This document shows, one piece after another, positions 1 through 9,974 of a stretch of DNA of 63,911 bases. The translations under genes were made by a program, and so were the position numbers. The stretch covers positions 1 through 63,911 of the forward strand of contig JAEPQF010000002.1 in the NCBI GenBank assembly GCA_017640685.1, read 5' to 3'. Origin of the DNA: Hyphomicrobiales bacterium (GTDB taxonomy: Bacteria; Pseudomonadota; Alphaproteobacteria; Rhizobiales; HXMU1428-3). The stretch's first letter is position 1, and each line of letters starts with the position of its first letter. The notes under the pieces are model-generated. The model was given only the letters and a program-made list of their open reading frames with translations. It searched no databases and was not told the origin of the DNA.

Positions 1-162
1 GTTTTAGAATATGCAACAACAGCTGCGCTACAGAAGGATGCGCTGGATGCCCTTACATTTAAATGCAATGTGCTATGGTCTCAACTCGACGCACTTTATT
101 TAGCTTACTATTCTCCAGCACTCATTCCCCCAGGAGCATTTAGGGAAGAAGATGCAAATTAG
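1..162 (+). CDS. pqqC: Pyrroloquinoline-quinone synthase PqqC, 3' end (truncated by window)
   Basis: Frame 1 reads VLEYATTAALQKDALDALTFKCNVLWSQLDALYLAYYSPALIPPGAF..., the typical PqqC C-terminus (FKCxVLWxQLDAL); TAG at 160-162; directly upstream of pqqD/pqqE. Confidence 0.9.
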   Translation, partial: VLEYATTAALQKDALDALTFKCNVLWSQLDALYLAYYSPALIPPGAFREEDAN

Positions 163-209
163 CGCCATATGGCAGTGAGAACAAAACTCAAACAAAGCGA
201 AAAATAAAA

Positions 210-500
210 ATGACAAGAGAGCGCTTAATCGTTGAAACAAATACAACCCCGGCTCTGCCAAGGTTTGTAAAATTACGTCATGACAAGGGGCGCGACCGGT
301 GGATCATGTTAGCACCAGAGCGGATCTTAACACCAGACCCAATCGCTGTTGAAGTTTTGAACCTTTGTGATGGAGAAAAAACGGTAGGAGATATTTCTAA
401 TCACCTAGCAGAAATTTATAACGCACCTGCAGATGTGATTGAAAAAGACATCACAAACATGTTGCAGGACTTAGCGGATAAAGGATTTTTAACATCATGA
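210..500 (+). CDS. pqqD: PQQ biosynthesis peptide chaperone PqqD
   Basis: 96 aa, LAPER...LCDG..TV..I...LA..Y.A pattern; lies between pqqC and pqqE. Confidence 0.92.
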   Translation: MTRERLIVETNTTPALPRFVKLRHDKGRDRWIMLAPERILTPDPIAVEVLNLCDGEKTVGDISNHLAEIYNAPADVIEKDITNMLQDLADKGFLTS

Positions 501-1633
501 TTGAAGCTGGCGATAATAATAGTGCAGATCTTTGTGCCGTTGCCCCAATGGGACTTTTAGCGGAACTCACTCATCGCTGCCCACTTCAATGTCCTTATTG
601 CTCCAACCCAACTGAACTAGAGCGCGCAAGCGGTGAACTCTCAACAGAAGAGTGGGCTCGTGTATTCAAGGAAGCCGGAGAACTCGGCATCTTACAAACT
701 CACCTCTCAGGCGGGGAACCAACAGTTAGAAAAGATTTAGAAGAAATTCTAAAAGCTGCAGTAGACGCAGGTATTTATACAAACCTCATCACGGCAGGCG
801 TTCTCCTCTCTAAAGAAAGGTTAACTGGCCTGAAAGACCTTGGCCTCGATCACGTCCAACTCTCAGTTCAACATGTTGACGCTCAATTAGCAGATAAAAT
901 CGCTGGCTTTAAAGGAGGCTATTCAAAGAAAATTCAACTAGCAGAATGGGTAAAAGAGCTAGATCTACCTTTAACAGTGAACTCACCTATGCACCGGCAT
1001 AACGTCGAATACCTTGAAGAAATCATAGAGTTTGCCTTAAAATTAGGGGCAGAACGGCTAGAAGTTGCTCACATTCAATATTATGGTTGGGCCTTTGAAA
1101 ACCGCCACACCCTCATTCCAACAAAAGAGCAAGTTTATAGAAACGCAGACATCGTCGATGAAGCCAGAGAACGCCTAAAAGGTGTTATGTCTATCGACTT
1201 TGTGGTACCTGACTATTATGCAGTCCGCCCAAAACCATGCATGGGCGGCTGGGGAAGTTCCTTTATGACAATCTCTCCAACAGGTAAAGTTCTCCCTTGT
1301 CATGCGGCAGCTTCTATAAAAGGCTTAGAATTTGAAAATGTGAAAGATCGTCACCTACGAGACATCTGGTTGCATTCCTCTTCCTTTAATAAATATCGCG
1401 GCACAGATTATCTACCAGAGCCTTGCAAATCTTGTGAATTTAAAGAAGTTGATTTTGGCGGCTGCCGGTGCCAAGCCTTTATGTTTACTGGCGATGCAAC
1501 AAACACAGACCCAGCTTGCTCAAAATCATCATATCATAAAGAATTACTAGAAATAGCAGAACGAGAGTCAAAGCTCGCACCAAAAGAATTTCTCTATAGA
1601 AAATTTACAAAACAACACCAGCCCGCTGAATAA
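497..1633 (+). CDS. pqqE: PqqA peptide cyclase PqqE (radical SAM/SPASM)
   Basis: ELTHRCPLQCPYCSNP CxxxCxxC motif, SGGEP, KPCMGGWG, GGCRCQA; ATGA overlap with pqqD. Confidence 0.97.
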   Translation: MIEAGDNNSADLCAVAPMGLLAELTHRCPLQCPYCSNPTELERASGELSTEEWARVFKEAGELGILQTHLSGGEPTVRKDLEEILKAAVDAGIYTNLITAGVLLSKERLTGLKDLGLDHVQLSVQHVDAQLADKIAGFKGGYSKKIQLAEWVKELDLPLTVNSPMHRHNVEYLEEIIEFALKLGAERLEVAHIQYYGWAFENRHTLIPTKEQVYRNADIVDEARERLKGVMSIDFVVPDYYAVRPKPCMGGWGSSFMTISPTGKVLPCHAAASIKGLEFENVKDRHLRDIWLHSSSFNKYRGTDYLPEPCKSCEFKEVDFGGCRCQAFMFTGDATNTDPACSKSSYHKELLEIAERESKLAPKEFLYRKFTKQHQPAE

Positions 1634-1652
1634 AAAATCTTCCAAACCGATT

Positions 1653-2759
1653 TCAGCTTGTTGAAATATAATCTCGCTTATACCTCTGGCCGAGAGACGT
1701 AAGAATTTCATACCCTATAGTCCCAGCTCGATCAGCAATTTCGTCAATCAAAATTGTCTCGCCCATTACTTCCACTAGCGAACCAACATCAACTAAGTCT
1801 CTAGGTAAATCTGTTATATCGATCATAATAAGGTCCATAGTCACGCGGCCAACAATTGGCACCAAATGACCAGTAATAGCCATTTTCCCTTTACCACCTA
1901 ACGAGCGCAAATAACCGTCCGCATAACCAACCCCAATCGTTGCAATACGGCTTGGCCTTGAAGCTGTCCAGCAAGCACCATAACTCACACTATCACCAGT
2001 TTCAATTTCAGAGATTTGTAAAATCGGAGTCTCAACTGTCACGACAGGCAAACAAGGGTTTGATTGGTTCGAAAAAGGGTTACCACCATAAAGCCCAATA
2101 CCAACACGGCAAACATCAAAATGATACTCAGGCCCTAGCAGCGTTCCAGCAGAATTTGCCAGAGATAAAGACGCACCCATAAGCGCTGGCGATCGTTTTT
2201 TCATCAGCTCATTAAACAAATCAAGCTGATCTTTATTCTTTTTATTTCCAACCTCATCACCACAAGCCAAATGAGACATGATCAACTGAAGCGTTAAACC
2301 ATCAACTAATCTTTCATCAGCACACAATCGTAAAAACTCATCGGGTCTAAAGCCAAGTCGGTTCATACCCGTGTCAACCTGTAAGGCAACATCACCATAA
2401 CCACTTTGCTTTGCAAATTTTTGCCATCGTTCAAGCGAGGAAAAAGAATGTACAACTGGAATAAGACACTTTTCCTGAAACACCTCCTCTTCACCAGGAA
2501 GAGCTCCGTGAAATACATAAATTTTTGCTTGCGGTAAGAAGCCACGAAGATCACCTCCCTCAAAACCATGTGCTACAAAAAAAGTTTCACATCCAGCTTT
2601 TGAAAGAGCCATTGCAACAGGTTCACAGCCAAGTCCATAAGCATCCGCTTTAACAACCCCAGCAATTTCTGAAGATGCAGATTTTTGCGAGGCTTCAACA
2701 AAATACTTATAGTTTTCTTCAATCCGCTTTAGGTTAATCTTCAAAGTCGTGGCACTCAT
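1653..2759 (-). CDS. alr: Alanine racemase
   Basis: VVKADAYGLG (PLP lysine), DTGMNRLG, MSHLAC, GYADG, GRVTMD, TIGYEILT. ATG at 2759 preferred over the ORF-track start 2780. Confidence 0.95.
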   Translation of the reverse strand: MSATTLKINLKRIEENYKYFVEASQKSASSEIAGVVKADAYGLGCEPVAMALSKAGCETFFVAHGFEGGDLRGFLPQAKIYVFHGALPGEEEVFQEKCLIPVVHSFSSLERWQKFAKQSGYGDVALQVDTGMNRLGFRPDEFLRLCADERLVDGLTLQLIMSHLACGDEVGNKKNKDQLDLFNELMKKRSPALMGASLSLANSAGTLLGPEYHFDVCRVGIGLYGGNPFSNQSNPCLPVVTVETPILQISEIETGDSVSYGACWTASRPSRIATIGVGYADGYLRSLGGKGKMAITGHLVPIVGRVTMDLIMIDITDLPRDLVDVGSLVEVMGETILIDEIADRAGTIGYEILTSLGQRYKRDYISTS

Positions 2760-3232
2760 TAAAAACTCTCTTAAATCCAAAATTCAAAAATGATCGGAAC
2801 TATCCGTTTGATAGAACCCAAAGCAAAAAATTGAAACGATCAACCCTAGGGCAAATTCAAAAAGGCTAAAATTCAAAAAAATTTTCAAAAATTTCGAATT
2901 TGCCCAAACATTAATCACCTAAGTTACAGAAATTTCATACATTTTTTTCAATAATATCCACAGAGCCCCTTCAGCCCAACAAAAAATTATGATAGGATTA
3001 AAGCTAGTGAAGTAAAAAGCAGATTTTAACAAACATGATTGGATGGTGTTTCACTCAGAACTGACCACTTATACATCAGAGCTGATAAGTTGAAAAAACA
3101 GAAAAGCAAAATCTTTTTCGAGACCATAAAAGTTAAGAATACTTGTTTAAGATACTCTCTTTTAAGAGACTAAAGCCTTTTCAAAATTCAAAGCAATCTA
3201 AGTTTTAATTCGTTTTTTTCTACACGAGCAAA

Positions 3233-3940
3233 TTGGTTTTAACAATGAAGATATCTCGGGAGGTGTCAATGTTATTACGGTTTCTCAGTATAGCCACAGT
3301 GAGTGTCACGCTGCTGACATTCCAAGCCATTAACTCGACAGAAACAAAAAGCTCCCTTCCTGAAAAATCAATCCATGCTGCAGAAGAAAGCATCTTTTCT
3401 GAAAACAAAACATTCAGCGCCCTTTATAAAAAGAAAGAAGAAACAGCTGCTGAAAAATATTCAAAATTTATAAATACCAATTTTAACAACAAGCACAATG
3501 GCCAACCAATTATCTACCTGGCATCAATTGGTCAAATCCCTTTAAAATTTCCAAAAGTCGAACTAAAAGCAAGACCATCCTACCTGCCCCCCATTGACTT
3601 TATCTCCACTGAAGATGAAGCGAAAAACAATCCCGAACCAGTTTTAACCGCTAGCATCAATAGTGAAATAAAAATCGAAATCAGTGAACCACTTAAAGCG
3701 ATTAAAGCACATAAACTAAGCCTCAAGAAAAAATCAAAATACAAAAAATCAAGAAAAGCGAATTACAAAAAATACAAACGCACTAAAAAATACAAAAAGA
3801 AATACAGAAAAAAATATGCCAGCTATAAGAAATCAAAATATAAAAAATACAACCTAGGCAAATCTGTTAAACGCAAAAAGTCAAAACGTAAATATAGAGT
3901 GCGCTACAGACCAACAAACTATTTAGACGCCTTTAATTAA
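3233..3940 (+). CDS. Hypothetical protein with N-terminal hydrophobic segment and Lys/Tyr/Arg-rich low-complexity C-terminus
   Basis: 235-aa ORF; hydrophobic stretch LLRFLSIATVSVTLLTFQA; last ~75 aa dominated by K, Y, R, S. Start uncertain. Confidence 0.55.
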   Translation: MVLTMKISREVSMLLRFLSIATVSVTLLTFQAINSTETKSSLPEKSIHAAEESIFSENKTFSALYKKKEETAAEKYSKFINTNFNNKHNGQPIIYLASIGQIPLKFPKVELKARPSYLPPIDFISTEDEAKNNPEPVLTASINSEIKIEISEPLKAIKAHKLSLKKKSKYKKSRKANYKKYKRTKKYKKKYRKKYASYKKSKYKKYNLGKSVKRKKSKRKYRVRYRPTNYLDAFN

Positions 3941-3974
3941 TTAAAACTACTGGCTTAAAATGTTACTTTAAGCC

Positions 3975-4745
3975 TCATCTCATAGCATTTAAAACACGTG
4001 TAAAAATTTTATCGTCGCAACGTTTAACTACAATATCGCCAGGAAGTGTCACAGATTGACTAACGCAAGAATTAGCAAACTCCAGCCCCTTCATCGCACT
4101 CAAATCAACCCCACTTAAAGAAGATCCATTAATAGAAATTTGGTTTTTCTCACAATTCTGAAAACGAACATTATAAAGCATAACATTCTCAAAACGTAAC
4201 TTGCTCTGATAACCACAAGTGATACGAGAATTCGCAATAACCCCAAAAGCAAATCTAAACTGCTTTTTATCCTCAACATCTTTCCGATTATCGCCGGCAA
4301 ATATGTGAGCACCATCGAGTTCACAATTCAACAATTCACCCATTTTCAGATGCAAATAAATCGATCCCAAAACACCACCTGGGGACTCTTGATATTTACA
4401 CTGATAGATTTTTACATTCTCCCCTCTTAAAGTATCAAAAGGCCGAACGACCAATCTGTAAAAAGACAAATTACTAAGATCAATAGAACTTGTTTGAACA
4501 CCTAATTCCCTTAATGTATGAAAACTTTCAGCAACTTCAAACTTAGATCGCCCTTGATTGCGGCTTCGATCAAGGCGCACAAATAGCATTTCTTTCGCTA
4601 AGGCGCTCGTAGCCAAACGGTTTAATTGTCTGTCTGGAGCTTCAGAAAAATAAGCATAAACTGCAACCAATGCAGCAACAGAAGCAATCAAATCAAATAT
4701 TTTTAAGGATAAAACCCCAGAAATTGACCATTTTTCTTTTTTCAT
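3975..4745 (-). CDS. Hypothetical membrane-anchored protein, possibly degenerate pentapeptide-repeat type
   Basis: 256 aa; N-terminal TM (LIASVAALVAVYAYF); repeat-like segments IDLSNLSF, LLNCELDGA, LSGVDLSAM; RBS-like GGGGA upstream. Confidence 0.55.
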   Translation of the reverse strand: MKKEKWSISGVLSLKIFDLIASVAALVAVYAYFSEAPDRQLNRLATSALAKEMLFVRLDRSRNQGRSKFEVAESFHTLRELGVQTSSIDLSNLSFYRLVVRPFDTLRGENVKIYQCKYQESPGGVLGSIYLHLKMGELLNCELDGAHIFAGDNRKDVEDKKQFRFAFGVIANSRITCGYQSKLRFENVMLYNVRFQNCEKNQISINGSSLSGVDLSAMKGLEFANSCVSQSVTLPGDIVVKRCDDKIFTRVLNAMR

Positions 4746-4823
4746 TTTTCTTTCCCCAAATTCAAAACTAAGCCCAACTAAATGTAAGATCTTCTATTTG
4801 TCGCAATGGGGAAAGAAAGGTTC

Positions 4824-4853
4824 AAAAAAGCCGGGCAAAAAATTTTGCCCGGC
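4824..4853 (-). terminator. Intrinsic terminator after the SRPBCC gene
   Basis: GCCGGGCAAAA/TTTTGCCCGGC inverted repeat followed by a T-tract on the minus strand. Confidence 0.75.
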
Positions 4854-4900
4854 AATAAAAAAGTAACCAAAGTCGAGTGAAACAAGAACTCTAAATATTT

Positions 4901-5398
4901 TTAGCTATTTAATAAATTTGCTAAAACCTCATCCATAACTTTAAAGCCACTGCCCCAACCTTTTTCAAGTCCAGCTGCTTTCTCAGCAAAACAAGCCAGT
5001 TCTGCCTCTGTTGTATTAACCGCTTCTAACGTCAAACTCACATTTGTCTGATCCCCATCAGCTTCAAATTCTACTATTGTCAAAATCTCTCTAGGCCAAT
5101 TTTCCATCATAGGGTTTGCAACAACATTCCATTCATCATCGGTCGAATAATGCATCCAAACTAACTTTTTCTGAAGCTCCACTTCCTGAAACACCATCTT
5201 ACTTAAGTCAGATTTTTCACCCCACTTCATTTCGTTTAACCATTCACCGCCGGGCTTCAAATCAAATTTATGAATAATGGTCTCAACACCAGGCCCGTAC
5301 CACTGAGCTAAAATTTCAGGTTCAGTCCAAGCTCGCCAAACCAAGTCTAAGGGAGCAGCAAAAACACGATCAATGCGATATTTATTCAACTCAGCCAT
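4901..5398 (-). CDS. SRPBCC/AHSA1-like (START fold) ligand-binding protein
   Basis: RVFAAPLDLVWRAWTEPE..WYGP, DLKPGG, GWGSGF pattern; co-oriented behind ArsR regulator. Confidence 0.88.
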   Translation of the reverse strand: MAELNKYRIDRVFAAPLDLVWRAWTEPEILAQWYGPGVETIIHKFDLKPGGEWLNEMKWGEKSDLSKMVFQEVELQKKLVWMHYSTDDEWNVVANPMMENWPREILTIVEFEADGDQTNVSLTLEAVNTTEAELACFAEKAAGLEKGWGSGFKVMDEVLANLLNS

Positions 5399-5404
5399 TA
5401 CTTT

Positions 5405-5761
5405 TTAATCCTTTTTGGTCTCATTCAGTGTTTTTAGGACATGATCAAGTTGGTCAAAACTAGCCCCCCAAAACTCTTTAAATTCTGTAAGCCAATCAAC
5501 AGCAACAACTAAAGTCTCAGCTTTTAATCGTGCTGGCCTTTGCTGCTGAGCAACATTACGTTCAATCAATCCAGCGCGTTCTAAAACTTTCAAATGCCGG
5601 GAAATAGCCGGCTGGCTAATTTCAAAAGGCTCAGCAATCTCATTAACAGAAAGCTCCCCCTCAGCAAGACGAGATAAAATCTCTCGCCTCGTCGGGTCAG
5701 CCAATGCAGAAAACACAACATCTAATTGTGCAGGAGAATTTGTATAACCAACTTGTTCCAT
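5405..5761 (-). CDS. ArsR/SmtB family transcriptional regulator
   Basis: FSALADPTRREIL...ISQPAISRHLKVLERAGLI winged HTH. Confidence 0.92.
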   Translation of the reverse strand: MEQVGYTNSPAQLDVVFSALADPTRREILSRLAEGELSVNEIAEPFEISQPAISRHLKVLERAGLIERNVAQQQRPARLKAETLVVAVDWLTEFKEFWGASFDQLDHVLKTLNETKKD

Positions 5762-5780
5762 AACTATAATGTTATATAAC
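5743..5780 (-). promoter_or_regulatory. Putative ArsR autoregulatory operator overlapping the start codon
   Basis: Minus strand ATATAAC-ATTATA-GTTATG then GAAC-AAGTTG-GTTATA: tandem AAC-N6-GTT inverted repeats spanning the ATG. Confidence 0.45.
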
Positions 5781-5974
5781 TAGAAAGTAATGTCAAGTTC
5801 TAAAAAATTGCAAGTAACAAAACAAAAACGGTGTAAGCCATGCAATAAAGCTAATTTTAATAAATCTTCGCTATGATCAATCAGCTTAGTGAAATGATTT
5901 GCCTCAACTTTTTTAAATGAAAGATAAAACCGAGACGAAAATAAAAGCCAAACAATAATCTTTTGAGTATATGA

Positions 5975-8284
5975 GTGGGAACAGCGGTGAAACAATCAAA
6001 GAGCAAAAAAGGGGGTACTCCTCAAATTGTAAAATTTGAAACCACATCCAGTTCGCTAAAAGATCGTCTCGTTAGCAATCGCATTCATTCAGCTGTATCA
6101 GCTCTAGCCTCATCCTCTTCCCCCGTTTCAGAAACAGATGATTTTTTCCATGAATGCGTAAAAAATCTCTCAAAAGCTTTTGGAGTTAAATACGCTTTTA
6201 TTGGAGTATTTGAAGATGAAACAAAATCATCAATTCGCTCTCTTGCCGTCTCAACTGATTTAAAAATCACAGAAAACATCTCATATGACTTGAAGGGAAC
6301 ACCTTGTGAAGATTGTCTCAATCAACAACAAGTCTTAATTCAAGAGGATGTAGCTGAAAAATATCCTGAAGATGACATGTTAGCTGAGATGGAATTACAA
6401 AGTTATTTTGGTAGCTCTATCATCGACTCAAACGGCCATGAATTAGGGCTTGTTGTAATCCTAGACACAAAGCCAATGGCAAAAGACGAATGGATGTACC
6501 CTATATTCGCTCTTTTTGCAGATCGTATTTCATTAGAGTTAGAGCGCATCAACCGCCAAAAAGATTTAAGACTAGCTGCAAGCGTGTTTGAAAACAGTCG
6601 TGAAGGCATAATGTTGCTTGATACAGACTGGAAAATTCGAAAAGCAAACAAAGCTTTCTCTAATATATCAGGCTGGAATGAAGATGAAATTATCGGCCTT
6701 CCCGTCACAAAACTCGCAACCAAAGATCAAACAGATTTTTCAATTTGTGAAATTTCAAAACGTTTGGCGGAACAAGATCACTGGGAAAATGAAATATGGT
6801 CTCATCAAAAAAACGGTGGTATTTACCCAGAAAAACGCACAATCTCAGCTGTAAGAGATCCTCAAACAAAAGAGGTCATTCATTATATAAGCATGACAGT
6901 TGACATTTCAGAGCAAAAATATGCCGAACAGCGGATCAATCGTCTTGCAAAATATGATCAAATCACAGAGTTGCCAAACAGAAATTATTTCAATGAAAAA
7001 TTAAATGAGAACATATCTATTGCAAGAAAACAAAACACTGATCTTGCTCTCATGACATTAGATTTAGACGGTTTCAAACTCATTAATGATATGCGCGGTC
7101 ATCAAACCGGAGATAGATTGTTGAAATTAATGGGCGAACGTTTACAATATTTGCCAACAAATGAAATTTTCTGTGCCCGTATAGGCGGTGATGAGTTCAC
7201 ACTTCTTTTTAACTTTAATAAAAAACAAGATAATCTCGAAGCAATATTAAACGATCGTGCAGAAGAAATCATCGATTTAGTTAGTCACCCTTATATGCTG
7301 GATGGAGAAGAAACCGTAATCACAGCCAGCATTGGCATAGCCATTTTTTCCGATGAAAGTAATGATGCCCAAAGCCTCATTCAAAATTCTGATCAAGCTC
7401 TTTATGTAGCAAAGAAAAAGGGAAAAAATTGTTTTGAATATTACAAACCTGAATATAGCAGTAATGTAGAAAATCAATTCGCCCTAACAAATTTGCTACG
7501 CAAAGCTTTGGCAAAAAATCAATTCGAAATTCACTATCAATCAAAAAACAAAGCCAAATCCCATGAAATTGTTGGCTATGAAGCTCTCATCAGATGGAAG
7601 CTGGATGACGGTGTCTTAGTTAGCCCTGGCCAATTCATTCCCGTTGCAGAAGACACCGGCATGATCACTGAAATTGGAAAATGGGTTATCAAAGAAGTCT
7701 TTAATCAAACAAAAATCTGGAACCATAAAGGTTTCCATTTCGGGCGCATATCCATCAACATCTCAGGGCGACAACTCTCAGATGATAATTTTGTTCAGTG
7801 GATAAAAGAGCTCATTCAGGAAACAAAAACAAATCCTCAATATTATGAACTTGAAATTACAGAGAGCTGGTTAATCGAAGATCCTGACAAATCAGCAAAT
7901 GTTCTAACTCAATTACATGATCTCGGCTTCCACCTATCAATTGATGATTTCGGTGTGGCCCACTCATCGCTCAACTATTTAAAATGCTTCCCTGTTGATA
8001 CAATTAAAATTGACAGATCATTTACAAGAGACATCACAACAAGTGAAGAAAGCATGGCCATTATTTCAGCCATCATTGCTATCGGAAACAATCTAAACCT
8101 CAACATCTTAGCTGAAGGCGTTGAAACCAAAGAACAATTAGAAAAACTTGAAGCAGCGGGCTGCAATGAAATTCAAGGCTTTTATTTCTCAAAACCTCAG
8201 CCAGTAAACATTCTAGAAATGGCACAACGAGAACTGCAAAACAGTTCTGAAGAATTCCAAGCCCCTCATTCAATCAGCGCTTAA
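5975..8284 (+). CDS. GAF-PAS-GGDEF-EAL diguanylate cyclase/phosphodiesterase
   Basis: GAF (YDLKGTPC, YPEDDML, LGLVVILD), PAS (ASVFENSREGIM..NKAF..ISG), ARIGGDEF, YEALIRW, ELEITES, DDFG, AEGVET, QGFYFSKP. Confidence 0.93.
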   Translation: MGTAVKQSKSKKGGTPQIVKFETTSSSLKDRLVSNRIHSAVSALASSSSPVSETDDFFHECVKNLSKAFGVKYAFIGVFEDETKSSIRSLAVSTDLKITENISYDLKGTPCEDCLNQQQVLIQEDVAEKYPEDDMLAEMELQSYFGSSIIDSNGHELGLVVILDTKPMAKDEWMYPIFALFADRISLELERINRQKDLRLAASVFENSREGIMLLDTDWKIRKANKAFSNISGWNEDEIIGLPVTKLATKDQTDFSICEISKRLAEQDHWENEIWSHQKNGGIYPEKRTISAVRDPQTKEVIHYISMTVDISEQKYAEQRINRLAKYDQITELPNRNYFNEKLNENISIARKQNTDLALMTLDLDGFKLINDMRGHQTGDRLLKLMGERLQYLPTNEIFCARIGGDEFTLLFNFNKKQDNLEAILNDRAEEIIDLVSHPYMLDGEETVITASIGIAIFSDESNDAQSLIQNSDQALYVAKKKGKNCFEYYKPEYSSNVENQFALTNLLRKALAKNQFEIHYQSKNKAKSHEIVGYEALIRWKLDDGVLVSPGQFIPVAEDTGMITEIGKWVIKEVFNQTKIWNHKGFHFGRISINISGRQLSDDNFVQWIKELIQETKTNPQYYELEITESWLIEDPDKSANVLTQLHDLGFHLSIDDFGVAHSSLNYLKCFPVDTIKIDRSFTRDITTSEESMAIISAIIAIGNNLNLNILAEGVETKEQLEKLEAAGCNEIQGFYFSKPQPVNILEMAQRELQNSSEEFQAPHSISA

Positions 8285-8288
8285 AAAA

Positions 8289-8876
8289 TCAAAGCCTGCA
8301 AAAAATAATTTTCGCCTTAGAGCCAATAAGCTCTGAAAGGCGTTCCACAAAGTCAGGTGAAATTTCAAGCCAATTCCAGAATTTCAAAATTAAATTCCCC
8401 AAAACCATATCATTCTGAAAATCCAAATAAACGATGGGTGCTGAAAACTGACAATGCTCACAAGTCCACTCCCCAGCGCCAGTTTTTGCCAACCACTCTT
8501 CAATAGCTGAAGATACACCACCAGAATAAGAATGCCCCTTTCCACAAGAAGGACAATTAACCCCGAGCCAGTCCCCTGAAGCATTCCCAACAGTTTGATG
8601 ATCAGTTAAAACTTGCAAACCATTGACAGCAAGGCCAGTTGAAAAAGAAGCATAAGAACCATTAATACAATCCAATTGCTCCTCCTCATAAATAGTAGCT
8701 TTTATAAATTGTTTACCAGGACCATACCCCTGCTCCTTTTCAGCAAGCACACAATAAGACAATTCAGAGTTTATAATCTCATGATCAATTAAATGATTTA
8801 TTATGATCGCTCTAGCTCTTGAAACATCTTTTAAAGCAAGATGAGGAAAAGCAATCGCACAATAAGTATCCGACAT
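8289..8876 (-). CDS. Hypothetical protein with putative zinc ribbon
   Basis: 195 aa; CPSC...CEHC pair; FWNW motif; RBS GGAGAG upstream. Confidence 0.65.
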   Translation of the reverse strand: MSDTYCAIAFPHLALKDVSRARAIIINHLIDHEIINSELSYCVLAEKEQGYGPGKQFIKATIYEEEQLDCINGSYASFSTGLAVNGLQVLTDHQTVGNASGDWLGVNCPSCGKGHSYSGGVSSAIEEWLAKTGAGEWTCEHCQFSAPIVYLDFQNDMVLGNLILKFWNWLEISPDFVERLSELIGSKAKIIFCRL

Positions 8877-9096
8877 AATTTAAAACTCTCTCCTCAAATT
8901 CCCCACAAGCTCTCATTGCTATTACAATAATTAAAGATGTAATACGAAATAAGGAGACTACAAAAACAATTATTATTTGCGCTTTCATGTAAAAAAATCG
9001 ACAATAAAAAATAAAACTGGACCTTAGAACCTCTATAAACTAACGTGCTGACAATTAACAAAAATGACCTCCAAAAAGGCATAGCAATTAAGTCTA

Positions 9097-9957
9097 ATGA
9101 ATTTTGACACCACAAAACTCGATGCGACTGGCAAAGTTATTTTAGATCATATTTATGATCAAGAAACTCCGCTCCATTTTTATAATGCCTTATCTCAATT
9201 AGATTACAGCATTCCAGATCAAGCAAATCCAATTTTTGAAAAAATAATTTCATTTATCAAAAAACATAGATCTACCAAAACAGTCAAACTCATCGACCTT
9301 GGTTGTTCATATGGAGTAAACGGCGCTCTATTAAAATCAACAAAATCACTCGCTAATCTACTCTGTCGCTACCAATCTGCTGAGCTTAAAAACTTGTCTT
9401 CAAAAGAATTAACTCAACAAGATAAAACTTGGCTCAATCCAAATAAAAAAAATATCAATATAGTCGGAGCAGACGTCTCAGAACCTGCCTTAAACTATGC
9501 CTTACAAACCAACCTAATCAATAATAAACTTTGTGGAAATTTCGAAGAAAGATCACTCTCTAAAGAAGAAGAAAAAATCATCCAAGATGTGGACTTGATC
9601 ATCTCAACAGGATGCATTGGCTATGTCAGCCATCAAACCATAGGTGAATTATTAAATTCTCTCACACCCAAAGCTCCCATCATGGCGCACTTTGTTCTCC
9701 GAACCATTTGTTATAAAAATATCGAACAAGAGCTAGATCAAGTTGGCTACAAAACCTACAAATCAAAAGCCCCTTTTAAACAGCGGAGCTTTGCGTCAAA
9801 GGAAGAAAAAGAAAGCACGTTAGGACGCTTAAGAGAAATGTCGATAAATCCAAAAAACCTGGAAGATAAAGGCAGTTATTATGCCCACCTTTATCTTTCA
9901 ATACCTTCAGAGATAGAATTTTCATCTCTCCCTGAAGATATTTTGTCATATTTTTAA
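9097..9957 (+). CDS. Class I SAM-dependent methyltransferase-like protein
   Basis: LIDLGCSYGVNG (motif I), VGADVSEPAL (motif II), DLIISTGCIGYV. Confidence 0.8.
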   Translation: MNFDTTKLDATGKVILDHIYDQETPLHFYNALSQLDYSIPDQANPIFEKIISFIKKHRSTKTVKLIDLGCSYGVNGALLKSTKSLANLLCRYQSAELKNLSSKELTQQDKTWLNPNKKNINIVGADVSEPALNYALQTNLINNKLCGNFEERSLSKEEEKIIQDVDLIISTGCIGYVSHQTIGELLNSLTPKAPIMAHFVLRTICYKNIEQELDQVGYKTYKSKAPFKQRSFASKEEKESTLGRLREMSINPKNLEDKGSYYAHLYLSIPSEIEFSSLPEDILSYF

Positions 9958-9974
9958 AAGCTAAAAATCAAGCC

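Noticed and set aside
2781-3232. Possible sRNA/riboswitch in the alr upstream region
   Set aside because: No recognisable riboswitch consensus or convincing stem set; mostly A-tracts.
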